This document shows, in pieces, positions 31,600-46,335 of a DNA stretch of 64,000 nucleotides; positions within the stretch are counted from its first letter, which is position 1, and the number at the start of each line of letters is the position of its first letter. The DNA comes from the human T2T-CHM13v2.0 reference genome, Homo sapiens. The stretch lies in assembly GCF_009914755.1 (NCBI RefSeq), contig NC_060933.1. The stretch is one strand, 5' to 3'. The translations under genes and the position numbers were made by a program. The notes under the pieces were generated by a model. It did not search any database and was not told where the DNA came from. It saw only the letters and a list, made by a program, of their open reading frames with translations.

Positions 31600-34500
31600 G
31601 TAATGGAATGGAATGGAAGGGAATGGAATGGAATGGAATGCAATGTAATGGAATGGAATGCAATGGAATGGAATCAACCCGAGTGCAATCGAATGGAATC
31701 GAATGGAATGGAATGCAATGGAATGGATTCAACTTGAATGGAATGGAAAGAATGGAATCAACACGAGTGGAATGGCATGGATTGGAATGGAATGGAATGG
31801 AATCAACCCGAGTACAGGGGAATGGAATGGAATGGAATGCAATGGAATGGAATCATCCGTAATGGAATGGAAAGGAATGGAATGGAATGGAATGGAATGG
31901 AATGGAATGGAATGGAATGGAATGAAATCAACTCGATTGCAATCGAATGGAATGGAATGGAATTAACCCGAATAGAATGGCATGGAATGGAATGGAACGG
32001 AACGGAATGGAATGGAATGGAATGGAACGGAACGGAATGGAATGGAATGGAATGGAATGGAATGGAATGGAATCAACGCGAGTGCAGGGGAATGGAATGG
32101 AATGGAATGCAATGGAATGGAATCTTCCGGAATGGAATGGAATGGAATAGAATGGAATGAAATGCAATGGATTCAACTCGATTGCAATAGAATGGAATAG
32201 AATGGAATGGAATGGAATGGAATGGAATGGAATGGAATGGAATTAACCCGAATAGAATGGAATGAAATGGAATGGAACGGAATGGAACGGAATGGAATGG
32301 AATGGAATGCAATGGAATGGTATGGAATGGAATGGAATGGTACGGAATAGAATGAAATGGAACGAATTGTAATGGAATGGAATTGAATGGAATGGAATGG
32401 AATGGAATCAACGCGAGTGCAGGGGAATGTAATGGAACGGAATGCAATGGAATGGAATCATCCGGAATGGAATGGAATGGAATGGAATGGAATGGAATCA
32501 ACCCGAGTGCAATTGAATGGAGTGGAATGGAATGGAATGGAATGGAACAACCCGAATGGAATGGAATGTAATGGAGAGTAAGGGAGTTGAATAGAATCAA
32601 TCCGAATGTAATGGAATGGAATGCAACGGAATGGAATGGAATGTAATGGAATGGAATGCAATGGAATAGAATCAACCCGAGTACAATGGAATGGAATGGA
32701 ATGCAATGGAATACCTTCAAACCGAATGGAATGGAAAGGAATGGAATCAACACGAGTGGAATGGAATGGAATGGAATGGAATGGAATGGAATGGAATGAT
32801 ACGGAATAGAATGGAATGGAACAAAATGGAATGAAATGGAATGGAATGGAATGGAATGGAATGGAATGGAATGGAATGGAATGGAATGGAATGGAATGGA
32901 ATCGTTCCGAGTGGAATAGGAGGGAATGTATTCGAGTGGAATGGAAAGGAATGGAATCAACCAGAGTGGAATGGAAGGGAATGGAATGGAATGGAAACTA
33001 ATAGAATGGAATCAACCCGAGTGGAATGGAATGGAAAGGACAGGAATGGAAAGGAATGGAATGGAATGGAATGGAATGGAATGGAATGGAACGGAATCAA
33101 CGCGAGTGCAGGGGAATGGAATAGAATCGAATGGAATGGAATGGAATGGAATGGAATCAACCCGAGTGCAGGGGAATGTAATGGAACGGAATGCAATGGA
33201 ATGGAATCATTCGGAATGGAATGGAATGGAATGGAATGGAATCAACCCGAGTGCAATGATATGGAGTGGAATGGAATGGAATAGAATTGAAAGGAACAAC
33301 CCGAATGGAATGGAATGTAATGGAGAGTAAGGGAGTTGAAAAGAATCAATCCGAATGTAATGGAATGGAATGGATCGGAATGGAATGCAATGGAATGGAA
33401 TGGAATGGAATGGAATGGAATCAACCCGAGTACAATGGAATGGAATGGAATGGAATGGAATGGAATGGAATGCAATGGAATGGAATCTTCCGGAATTGAA
33501 TGGAATGGAATGGAAAGGAATGGAATGCAATGGATTCAACTCGATTGCAATGGAATGGAATAGAATGGAATGGAATGGAATTAAACCGAATAGAATGGAA
33601 TGGAATGGAATGGAACGGAACGGAACGGAATGGAACGGAGTGGAATGGAATGGAATGGAATTGTATGGAATGGAATGGAATGGTACGGAATAGAATGGAA
33701 TGCAAAGAATTGGAATGGAATGGAATGGAATGGAATGGAATCAACCAGAGTGCAGGGGAATGTAATGGAACGGAATGCAATGGAATGGAATCATCCGGAA
33801 TGGAATGGAATGCAACGGAATGAAATGGAATGGAATGGAATGGAATGTAATGGAATGGAATCAACCCGAGTACAATGGAATGGAATGGAATGGAATGGAA
33901 TGGAATGGAATGGAATGCCTTCAAACCGAATGGAATGGAAAGGAATGGAATCAACACGAATGGAATGGAATGGAATGGAATGGAATGGAATGGAATGGAA
34001 TGGAATGATACGGAATAGAATGGAATGGAACGAAATGGAATGGAATGGAATGGAATGGAATGGAATGGAATGGAATGGAATGGAATCGTTCCGAGTGGAA
34101 TAGGAGGGAATGTATTCGAGTGGAATGGAAAGGAATGGAATCAACCAGAGTGCAATGGAAGGGAATGGAATGGAATGGAAACTAATAGAATGGAATCAAC
34201 CCGAGTGGAATGGAATGGAAAGGACTGGAATGGAATGGAATGGAATGGAATGGAATGGAATCAACTCGATTGTAATGGAATGGAATGGAATGGAATGGAA
34301 TGGAATGGAATGGAATTAACCCGAATACAATGGAATGGAATGGAATGGAATGGAATGGAGTGGAATGGAATGGAATCAACCCGAGTGCAGGGGAACGGAA
34401 TGGAATGGAATGCAATGGAATGGAATCATCCGGAATGGAATGGAATGGAATGGAATGGAATCAAACCGAGTGCAATGCAATGGAGTGGAATGGAATGGAA

Positions 34501-36300
34501 TCAACCCGAGTGCAGGGGAATGGAATGGAATGGAATGCAATGGAATGGAATCATTGGTAATGGAATGGAAAGGAATGGAATGGAATGGAATGGAATGGAA
34601 TGGAATGGAATCAACACGATTGCAATCGAATGGAATGGAATGGAATTAACCCGAATAGAATGGAATGGAATGGAATGGAACGGAACGGATTGGAATAGAA
34701 TGGAATTGAACGGAACGGAATGGAATGGAATGGAATGGAATGGAATGGAATGGAATCAACGTGAGTGCAGGGGAATGGAATGGAATGGAATGCAATGGAA
34801 TGGAATCTTCCGGAATGGAATGGAATGGAATGGAATGGAATGAAATGCAATGGATTCAACTCGATTGCAATGGAATGGAATAGAATGGAATGGAATGGAA
34901 TGGAATGGAATTAATCCGAATTGAATGGAATGGAATGTAATGGAAAGGAATGGAACGGAATGGAATGGAATGGAATGGTATGGAATGGAATGGAATGGTA
35001 CGGAATAGAATGGAATGGAACGAATTGTAATGGAATGGAATTGAATGGAAAGGAATGGAATGGAATCGAGTCAACGAGAGTGCAGGGGAATGTAAAGGAA
35101 CGGAATGCAATGTAAAGGAATCATACGGAATGGAATGGAATGGAATGGAATGGTATGGAATCAACCCGAGTGCAATGGAATGGAGTGGAATGGAATGGAA
35201 TGCAATGGAACAACCCGAATGGAATGGAATGTAATGGAGAGTAAGGGAGTTGAATAGAATCAATCCGAATGTAATGGAATGGAATGCAACGGAATGGAAT
35301 GGAATGGAATGGAATGGAATGGAATGGAATGCAATGGAATGGAATCAACTTGAGTACAATGGAATGGAATGGAATGGAATGGAATGGAATGGAATGGAAT
35401 GGAATAAAATGGAATGATACGGAATAGAATGGAATGGAACGAAATGGAATGGAATGGAAGGGAATGGAATGGAATCGTTCCGAGTGCAATAGGAGGGAAT
35501 GTATTCGAGTGGAATGGAAAGGAATGTAATCAACCAGAGTGGAATGGAAGGGAATGGAATGGAATGGAAACTAATAGAATGGAATCAACCCAAGTGCAAT
35601 GGAATGGAAAGGACTGGAATGGAATGGAATGGAATGGAATCAACTCGATTGGAATGGAATGGAATGGAATGGAATGGAATGGAATGGAATGGAGTGGAAT
35701 GGAATGGAGTGGAATGGAATGGAATCAACCCGAGTGCAGGGGAATGGAATGGAATGGAATGCAATGGAATGGAATCATCCAGAATGGAATGGAATGGAAT
35801 GGAATGCAAAGCAATGGAATCAAGTCGATTGCAATGGAATGGAATGGAATGGAAAGGAATACATTGGAATCAACCCGACTGGAATGGAATGGAAAGGACT
35901 GGAATGGAGTGGAATGGAATGGAATGGAATGGAATGGAATCAACTCGATTGGAATGGAATGGAATGGAATGGAATGGAAAAGAATTAACCCGAATAGAAT
36001 GGAATGGAATGGAATGGAACGGAACGGAATAGAATGGAATGGAATGGAATGGAATGGAATAAACCCGACTGCAGGGGAATGGAATGGAATGGAATGCAAT
36101 GGAATGGATTCAACTTGAATGGAATGGAAAGAATGGAATCAACAGGAGTGGAATGGCATGGATTGGAATGGAATGGAATGGAATCAACCCGAGTACTGGG
36201 GAATGGAATGGAATGGAATGCAATGGAATGGAATCATCCGTAATGGAATGGAAAGGAATGGAATGGAATGGAATGGAATGGAATGGAATGGAATGGAATC
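31600..36300 (+). repeat. Duplicate of ~24130-27900 at 7.5-8.3 kb offset
   Basis: Shared rare variants in the same order: TGCAAAGAATTGG 25450/33701, CAACACGATTGC 26361/34612, TAATCCGAATTG 26661/34912, CAACGAGAGT 26821/35072, CATACGG 26871/35122, CAACTTGAGTAC 26971/35346, CAACCCAAGT 27246/35586. Confidence 0.85.
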
Positions 36301-39300
36301 AACTCGATTGCAATCGAATGGAATGGAATGGAATTAACCCGAATAGAATGGAATGGAACGGAACAGAACGGAATGGAATGGATTGGAATGGAATGGAATG
36401 GAATGGAATGGAACGGAAAGGAATGGAATGGAATGGAATGGAATGGAATGGAATGGAATGGAATCAACGCGAGTGCAGGGGAATGGAATGAAATGGAATG
36501 CAATGGAATGGAATCTTCTGGAATGGAATGGAATGGAATGGAATGGAATGGAATAAACCCGAGTGCAATGGAATGGAGTGGAAAGGAGTGGAATGGAATG
36601 GGACAACCCGAATGGAATGGAATGTAATGGAGAGTAAGGGAGTTGAAGAGAATCAATCCGAATGTAATGGAATGGAATGGAACGGAATGGAATTGAATGG
36701 AATGGAAAGGAATGCAATGGAATGGAATCAACCCGAGTGCAATGGAATGGAGAGGAATGGAATGGAATGGAATGGAAACTACCCGAATGGAATGGATTGT
36801 AATGGAGTGTAAGGGAATTGAATAGAATCAATCCGAATGTAATGGAATGGAATGGAACGGAATGGAATGGAATGGAATGGAATGGAATGCAATGGAATGG
36901 AATCAACCCGACTGCAATCGAATGGAATCGAATGGAATGGAATGCAATGGAATGGATTGCAATGGAATGGATTCAACTTGAATGGAAGAGAAAGAATGGA
37001 ATCAACACGAGTGGAATGGCATGGATTGGAATGGAATGCAATGGAATCAACCCGAGTACAGGGGAATGGAATGGAATGGAATGCAATGGAATGGAATCAT
37101 CCGTAATGGAATGGAAAGGAATGGAATGGAATGGAATGGAATGGAATGGAATGGAATGGAATCAACTCGATTGCAATCGAATGGAATGGAATGCAATTAA
37201 CCCGAATAGAATGGAATGGAATGGAATGGAACGGAATGGAATGGAATGGAATGGAATGGAATGGAATGCAATGGAATGGAATGGAATGGAATGGAATGGA
37301 ATGCAATGGAATGGAATCAACCCGAGTGCAATCGAATGGAATCGAATGGAATGGAATGCAATGGAATGGATTCAACTTGAATGGAATGGAAAGAATGGAA
37401 TCAACACGAGTGGAATGGCATGGATTGGAATAGAATGGAATGGAAACAACCCGAGTACAGGGGAATGGAATGGAATGCAATGCAATGGAATGGAATCATC
37501 CGTAATGGAATGGAAAGGAATGGAATGGAATGCAATGGAATGGAATGAAATGGAATCAACTCGATTGCAATCGAATGGAATGGAATGGAATTAACCCGAA
37601 TAGCATGGAAAGGAATGGAATGGAACGGAACGGAATGGAATGGAATGGAATGGAATGGAATGGTATGGAATGGAATGGAATGGTACGGAATAGAATGGAA
37701 TGGAATGAATTGTAATGGAATGGAATTGAATGGAATGGAATGGAATGGAATGGAATCAACGCGAGTGCAGGGGAATGTAATGGAACGGAATGCAATGGAA
37801 TGGAATCATCCGGGATATAATGGAATGGAATGGAATGGAATGGAATGGAATCAACCAGAGTGCAATGGAATGGAGTGGAATGGACTGGAATGGAATGGAC
37901 CAACCCGAATGGAATGGAATGTAATGGAGAGTAATGGAGTTGAATAGAATCAATCCGAATGTAATGGAATGGAATTCAACCTAATGGAATGGAAAGGAAT
38001 GGAATGGAATGGAATGCAATGGAATGGAATCAACCCGAGTACAATGGAATGGAATGGAATGGAATGAAATGGAATGGAATGGAATGGAATGATACGGAAT
38101 AGAATGGAATGGAACGAAATGGAATGGAATGGAATGGAATGGAATGGAATGGAATGGAATGGAATGGAATCGTTCCGAGTGGAATAGGAGGGAATGTATT
38201 CGAGTGGAATGGAAAGGAATGGAATCAACCTGAGTGGAATGGAAGGGAATGGAATGGAATGGAAACTAATAGAATGGAATCAACCCGAGTGGAATGGAAT
38301 GGAAAGGACTGGAATGGAATGGAGTGGAATGGAATGGAAACAAATCGATTGTAATGGAATGGAATGGAAAGGAATGGAATGGAATGGAATGGAATGGAAT
38401 GGAATTAACCCGAATACAATGGAATGGAATGGAATGGAACGGAATGGAGTGGAATGGAATGGAATCAACCCGAGTGCAGGAGAATGGAATGGAATGGAAT
38501 GCAATGGAATGGAATCATCCGGAAAGGAATGGAATGGAATGGAATGCAAAGCAATGGAATCAACTCGATTGCAATGGAATGGAATGGAATGGAAAGGAAT
38601 ACATTGGAATCAACCCGAGTGGAATGGAATGGAAAGGACTGGAATGGAGTGGAATGGAATGGAATGGAATGGAATGGAATCAACTCGATTGGAATGGAAT
38701 GGAATGGAATGGAATGGAATGGAATTAACCCGAATAGAATGGAATGGAATGGAATGGAACGGAACGGAACGGAACGGAATGGAATGGAATGGAATTTAAT
38801 GGAATGGAATCAACCCGAGTGCAGGGGAATGGAATGGAATGGAATGCAATGGAATGGATTCAACTTGAATGGAATGGAAAGAATGGAATCAACACGAGTG
38901 GAATGGCATGGATTGGAATGGAATGGAATGGAATCAACCCGAGTACAGGGGAATGGAATGGAATGGAATGCAATGGAATGGAATCATCCATAATGGAATG
39001 GAAAGGAATGGAATGGAATGGAATGGAATGGAATGGAATGGAATCAACTCGATTGCAGTCGAATGGAATGGAATGGAATTAATCCGAATAGAATGGAATG
39101 GAATGGAATGGAACGGAACGGAATGGAATGGAATGCAATGGAATGGAACGGAACGGAACGGAACGGAATGGAATGGAATGGAATGGAATGGAATGGAATC
39201 AACACGAGTGCAGGGGAATGGAATGGAATGGAATGCAATGGAATGGAATCTTCCGGAATGGAATGGAATGGAATGGAATGGAATGAAATGCAATGGATTC

Positions 39301-42300
39301 AACGCGATTGCAATGGAATGGAATAGAATGGAATTTAATGGAATGGAATGGAATTAATCCGAATAGAATGGAATGGAATGGAATGGAACGGAATGGAACG
39401 GAATGGAATGGAATGGAATGGAATGGAATGGAACAGAATTGAATGGAATGGAATGGAATGGAATGCAATGGAATGGAATGGAATGGAATGGAATGGAACG
39501 CAATGGAATGGAATCAACCCGAGTGCAATCGAGTGGAATCGAATGGAATGCAATGCAATGGAATGGATTCAACTTGAATGGAATGGAAAGAATGGAATCA
39601 ACACGAGTGGAATGGCATGGATTGGAATAGAATGGAATGGAAACAACCCGAGTACAGGGGAATGGAATGGAATGCAATGCAATGGAATGGAATCATCCGT
39701 AATGGAATGGAAAGGAATGGAATGGAATGGAATGGAATGGAATGGAATCAACTCGATTGCAATGGAATGGAATGGAATGGAATTAAACCGAATAGCATGG
39801 AAAGGAATGGAATGGAACGGAACGGAATGGAATGGAATGGAATGGAATGGAACGGAACGGAACGAAACGGAACGGAATGGAATGGAATGGAATGGAATGG
39901 AATGGAATGGAATAAACGCGAGTGCAGGGGAATGGAATGGAATGGAATGCAATGGAATGGAATCTTCCGGAATGGAATGGAATGGAATGGAATGGAATGA
40001 AATTCAATGGATTCAACTCGATTGCAATAGAATGGAATAGAATGGAATGGAATGGAATGGAATGGAATGGAATGGAATTAACCCGAATAGTATGGAATGG
40101 AATGGAATGCAACGGAATGGAAAGGAATGGAATGGAATGGAATGCAATGGAATGGTATGGAATGGAGTAGAATGGTACGGAATAGAATGGAATGGAACGA
40201 ATTGTAATGGAATGGAATTGAATGGAATGGAATGGAATGGAATGGAATCAACGCGAGTGCAGGGGAATGTAATGGAAGGGAATGCAATGGAATGGAATCA
40301 TCCGGAATGGAATGGAATGGAATGGAATGGAATGGAATGGAATCAACCCGAGTGCAATGGAATGGAGTGGAATGGAATGGAATGGAATGGAACAACCCGA
40401 ATGGAATGGAATGTAATGGAGAGTAAGGGAGTTGAATAGAATCAGTCCGAATGTAATGGAATGAAATGCAACGGAATGGAATGGAATGGAATGGAATGGA
40501 ATGCAATGGAATGGAATCAACCCGAGTACAATGGAATGGAATGGAATGGAATGGAATGGAATGCCTTCAAACCGAATGGAATGGAAAGGAATGGAATCAA
40601 CACGAGTGGAATGGAATGGAATGGAATCAATGGAATGATACGGAATAGAATGGAATGGAACGAAATGGAATGGAATGGAATGGAATGGAATGGAATGGAA
40701 TGCAATGGAATGGAATGGAATCAACGCGAGTGGAGGGGAATGGAATGGAATCGAATGGAATGGAATGGAATGGAATTGAATCATCCGGAATGGAATAGAA
40801 TGGAATGGAATGGAATCAACCCGAGTGCAGGACAATGTAACGGAACGGAATGCAGTGGAATGGAATCATCCGGAATGGAATAGAATGGAATGGAATGGAA
40901 TCAACCCGAGTGCAGGGGAATGTAACGGAACGGAATGCAATGGAATGGAATCATCCGGAATGGAATAGAATGGAATGGAATGGAATCAACCCGAGTGGAA
41001 TGGAAGGGAATGGAATGGAATGGAAACTAATAGAATGGAATCAACCCGAGTGGAATGGAATGGAAAGGACTGGAATGGAATGGAATGGAATGGAATCAAC
41101 TCGATTGTAATGGAATGGAATGGAATGGAATGGAATGGAATTAACCCGAATACAATGGAATGGAATGGAATGGAAGGGAATGGAGTGGAATGGAATGGAA
41201 TCAATCCGAGTACACGGGAATGGAATGGAATGGAATGCAATGGAATGGAATCATCCGGAATGGAATGGCATGGAATGGAATGCAAAGCAATGGAATCAAC
41301 TCGATTGCAATGGAATGTAATGGAATGGAAAGGAATACATTGGAATAGAGCCGACTGGAATGAAATGGAAAGGACTGGAATGGAGTGGAATGGAATGGAA
41401 TGGAATGGAATGGAATCAACTCGATTGGAATGGAATGGAATGGAATGGAATGGAATGGAATGGAATGGAATGCAATTAACCCGAATAGAATGGAATGGAA
41501 TGGAATGGAACGGAACGGAATGGAATGGAATGGAATGGAATGGAATTTAATGGAATGGAATCAACCCGACTGCAGGGGAATGGAATGGAATGGAATGCAA
41601 TGGAATGGATTCAACTTGAATGGAATGGAAAGAATGGAATCAATACGAGTGGAATGGCATGGATTGGAATGGAATGGAATGGAATCAACCCGAGTACAGG
41701 GGAAAGGAATGGAATGGAATGCAATGGAATGGAATCATCCGTAATGGAATGGAAAGGAATGGAATGGAATGGAATGGAATCAACTCGATTGCAATCGAAT
41801 GGAATGGAATGGAATTAACCTGAATAGAAAGGAATGGAATGGAATGGAATGGAATGGAACGGAAAGGAATGGAATGGAATGGAATGGAATGGAATGGAAT
41901 GGAATGGAACGGAAAGGAATGGAATGGAATGGAATGGAATGGAATGGAATGGAACGGAATGGAATCAACGTGAGTGCAGGGGAATGGAATGGAATGGAAT
42001 GCAACGGAATTGAATCTTCCGGAATGGAATGGAATGGAATGGAATGGAATGGAATAAACCCGAGTGCAATGGAATGGAGTGGAATGGAATGGAATGGAAT
42101 GGAACAACCCGAATGGAATGGAATGTAATGGAGAGTAAGGGAGTTGAATAGAATCAATCCGAATGTAATGGAATGGAATGGAACGGAATGGAATGGAATG
42201 GAATGGAATGGAATGGAATGCAATGGAATGGAATCAACCCGAGTGCAATGGAATGGAGAGGAATGGAATGGAATGGAATGGAAACTACCCGAATGGAATG

Positions 42301-45300
42301 GAATGTAATGGAGTGTAAGGGAATTGAATAGAATCAATCCGAATGTAATGGAATGGAATGGAACGGAATGGAATGGAATGGAATGGAATGGAATGGAATG
42401 GAATGGAATGCTATGGAATGGAATCAACCCGAGTGCAATCGAATGGAATCAAATGGAATGGAATGCAATGGAATGGATTCAACTTGAATGGAATGGAAAG
42501 AATGGAATCAACACGAGTGGAAGGGCATGGATTGGAATGCAATGGAATGGAATCAACCCGAGTACAGGGGAATGGAATGGAATGGAATGCAATGGAATGG
42601 AATCATCCGTAATGGAATGGAAAGGAATGGAATGGAATGGAATGGAATGGAATGGAATCAACACGATTGCAATCGAATGGAATGGAACGGTATTAACCCG
42701 AATAGAATGGAATGGAATGGAATGGAACGGAACGGAATGGAATGGAATGGAATGGAATGGAATGGAATGGAATGGAACGGAACGGAACGGAATGGAATGG
42801 AATGGAATGGAATGGAATGGAATGGAATCAACGCGAGTGCAGGGGAATGGAATGGAATGGAATGCAATGGAATGGAATCTTCTGGAATGGAATGGAATGG
42901 AATGGAATGGAATGAAATGCAATGGATTCAACTCGATTGCAATGGAATGGAATAGAATGGAATGGAATGGAATGGAATGGAATTAACCCGAATAGAATGG
43001 AATGGAATGGAATGGAACGGAATGGAATGGAATGGAATGGTATGGAACGGAATGGAATGGTACGGAATAGAATGGAATGGATCGAATTGTAATGGAATGG
43101 AATTGAATGGAATGGAATGGAATGGAATGGAATGGAATCAACGCGAGTGCAGGGGAATGTAATGGAACGGAATGCAATGGAATGGAATCATCCGGAATGG
43201 AATGGAATGGAATGGAATGGAATGGAATGGAATCAAACCGAGTGCAATGGAATGGAGTGGAATGGAATGGAATGGAATGGAACAACACGAATGGAACGGA
43301 ATGTAATGGAGAGTAAGGGAGTTGAATAGAATCAATCCGAATGTAATGGAATGGAATGCAACGGAATGGAATGGAATGGAATGGAATGGAATGCAATGGA
43401 ATGGAATCAACCCGAGTACAATGGAATGGAATGTAATGGAATGGAATGGAATGGAATGGAATGGAATGGAATGCCTTAAATCCGAATGGAATGGAAAGGA
43501 ATGGAATCAACACGAGTGGAATGGAATGGAATGGAATGGAATGGAATGGAATGATACGGAATAGAATGGAATGGAACGAAATGGAATGGAATGGAATGGA
43601 ATGGAATGGAATGGAATAGTTCCGAGTGGAATAGGAGGGAATGTATTCGAGTGGAATGCAAAGGAATGGAATTAACCAGACTGGAATGGAAGGGAATGGA
43701 ATGGAATGGAAACTAATAGAATGGAATCAACCCGAGTGGAATGGATTGGAAAGGACTGGAATGGAATGGAATGGAATGGAATCAACTCGATTGTAATGGA
43801 ATGGATTGGAATGGAATGGAATGGAAGGAATTAACCCGAATACAATGGAATGGAATGGAATTGAACGGAATGGAGTGGAATGGAATGGAATCAAGCCGAG
43901 GGCAGGGGAATGGAATGGAATGGAATGCAATGGAATGGAATCATCCGGAATGGAATGGAAAGGAATGGAATGGAATCAATTCGATTGGAATGGAATGGAA
44001 TGGAATGGAATGGAATGGAATGGAATTAACCCGAATAGAATGGAATGGAATGGAATGGAACGGAAAGGAATGGAATGGAATGGAATGGAATGGAATGAAA
44101 TCAACCCGACTGCAGGGGAATGGAATGGAATGGAATGCAATGGAATGGAATCATCCATAATGGAATGGAAAGGAATGGAATGGAATGGAATGGAATGGAA
44201 TGGAATGGAATCAACTCGCTTGTAATCGAATGGAATGGAATGGAATTAACCCGAATAGATTGGAATGGAATGGAATGGAATCAACCCGAGTACAGGGGAA
44301 TGGAATGGAATGGAATGCAATGGAATGGAATCATCCATAAAGGAATGGAAAGGAATGGAATGGAATGGAATGGAATGGAATGGAATAGAATGGAATTGAA
44401 TGGAATGGAATCAACTCGATTGCAATAGAATGGAATGGAATGGAATTAACCCGAATAGAATGGAATGGAATGGAATGGAACGGAACGGAATTGAATGGAA
44501 TGGAATGGAATGGAACGGAACGGAATGGAATGGAATGGAATGGAATGGAATGGAATCAACACGAGTGCATGGGAATGGAATGGAATGGATTGGAATGGAA
44601 TGGAATCTTCCGGAATGGAATGGAATGGAATGGAATGGAATGGAATGGATTTAACTCGATTGCAATGGAATGGAATGGAATGGAATGGAATGGAATGGAA
44701 TGGAATGGAATGGCATTAACCCGAATAGAATGGAATGGAATGGAATGGAATGGAAAGGAAGGTAATGGAATGGAATGGAATGGAATCAACCCGAGTGCAG
44801 GGGAATGGAATGGAATGGAATGCAATGGAATGGAATCATCCGGAATGGAATGCAATGGAATGGAATGGAATGCAATGGAATGGAATCATCCGGAATGGAA
44901 TGGATTGGAATGGAATGGAATGGAATCGAATGGAATGGAATGGAATGGAATCAACTCGATTCCAATGGAATGGAATGGAATGGAATGGAATGGAATGGAA
45001 TGGAATCAACTCGATTCCAATGGAATGGAATGGAATAGAACGGAATGGAATTAACACGAATAGAATGGAATGGAATGGAATGGAACGGAATGGAATGGAA
45101 TGGAATGGATTCAACTCGATTGCAATGGAATGAAATAGAATGGAATGGAATGGAATGGAATGGAATTAACCCGAATAGAATGGAATGGAATGGAATGGAA
45201 CGGAATGTAATGGAATAGAATGGAATGGAATCAACCTGAGTGCAGGGGAATGGAATGGAATGGAATGCAATGGAATGGAATCATCAGGAATGGAATGGAA

Positions 45301-46335
45301 TGGAATGGAATGGAATGGAATCAACTCGTTTTCAATGGAATGGAATGGAATAGAATGGAATGGAATTAACACGAATAGAATGGATTGGAATGGAATGGAA
45401 TGGAACGGAAAGGAATGGAATAGAATGGAATGGAATCAACCAAAGTGCAGGGGAATGGAATGGAATGGAATTCAGTGGAATGGAATCATCCGGAATGGAA
45501 TGGAATGGAATGGAATGGCATGGAATGGAATGGAATCAACCCGAGTGCAATGGAATGGAGAGGAATGGAATGGAATGGAATGGAATGGAATGGAATCAAC
45601 CCGATTACAGGGGAATTTAATGGAATGGAATGGAATGCAATGGAATGGAATCATCCGTAATGGAATGGAAAAGAATGGAATGGAATGGAATGGAATGGAA
45701 TGGAATTTAATGGAATGGAATCATCTAGATTGCAATCGAATGGAATGGAATGTAATTAACCCGAATAGAATGGAATGGAATGGAATGGAACGGAACGGAA
45801 TGGAATGGAAAGGAATGGAATGGAATGGAATGGACTGGAATGGAATCAACGCGAGTGCAGTGGAATGGAATGGAATGGAATGCAATGGAATGGTATGTTC
45901 CGGAATGGAATGGAATGGAATGGAATGGAATGGAATGGAATGGAATGCAATGGATTCAACTCGATTGCAATGGAATGGAATAGAATGGAATGGAATGGAA
46001 TGGAATGGAATGGAATGGAATGGAATCAACCCGAATAGAATGGAATGGAATGGAATGGAACGGAACGGAATGGAATGGAACGGAATGGAATGGAATGCAA
46101 TGGAATGGAATGGAATGGTATGGAATGGAATGGAATGGTAAGGAATAGAATGGAATGGAACGAATTGGAATGGAATGGAATCGAATGGAATGGAATGGAA
46201 TAAACCTGAGTGCAGGGGAATGTAATGGAACGGAATGCAATGGAATGGAATCATCCGGAATGGAATGGAATGGAATGGAATGGAATGGAATCAACCCGAG
46301 TGCAATGGAATGGAGTGGAATGGAATGGAATGGAA

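Larger units (their letters stand above)
11200..44270 (+). repeat. HSat3 sub-domain B (mosaic of reshuffled 0.1-1 kb modules)
   Basis: Recurrent modules GCCTTCAAACCG, CGTTCCGAGTGGAATAGGAGGGAATGTATTCGAG, AAACTAATAG, CAACTTG...AAAGAAT...CAACACGAG, CATCCGTAA, CTTCCGG and GAGAGTAAGGGAGTTG occur at irregular spacing. Confidence 0.85.
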
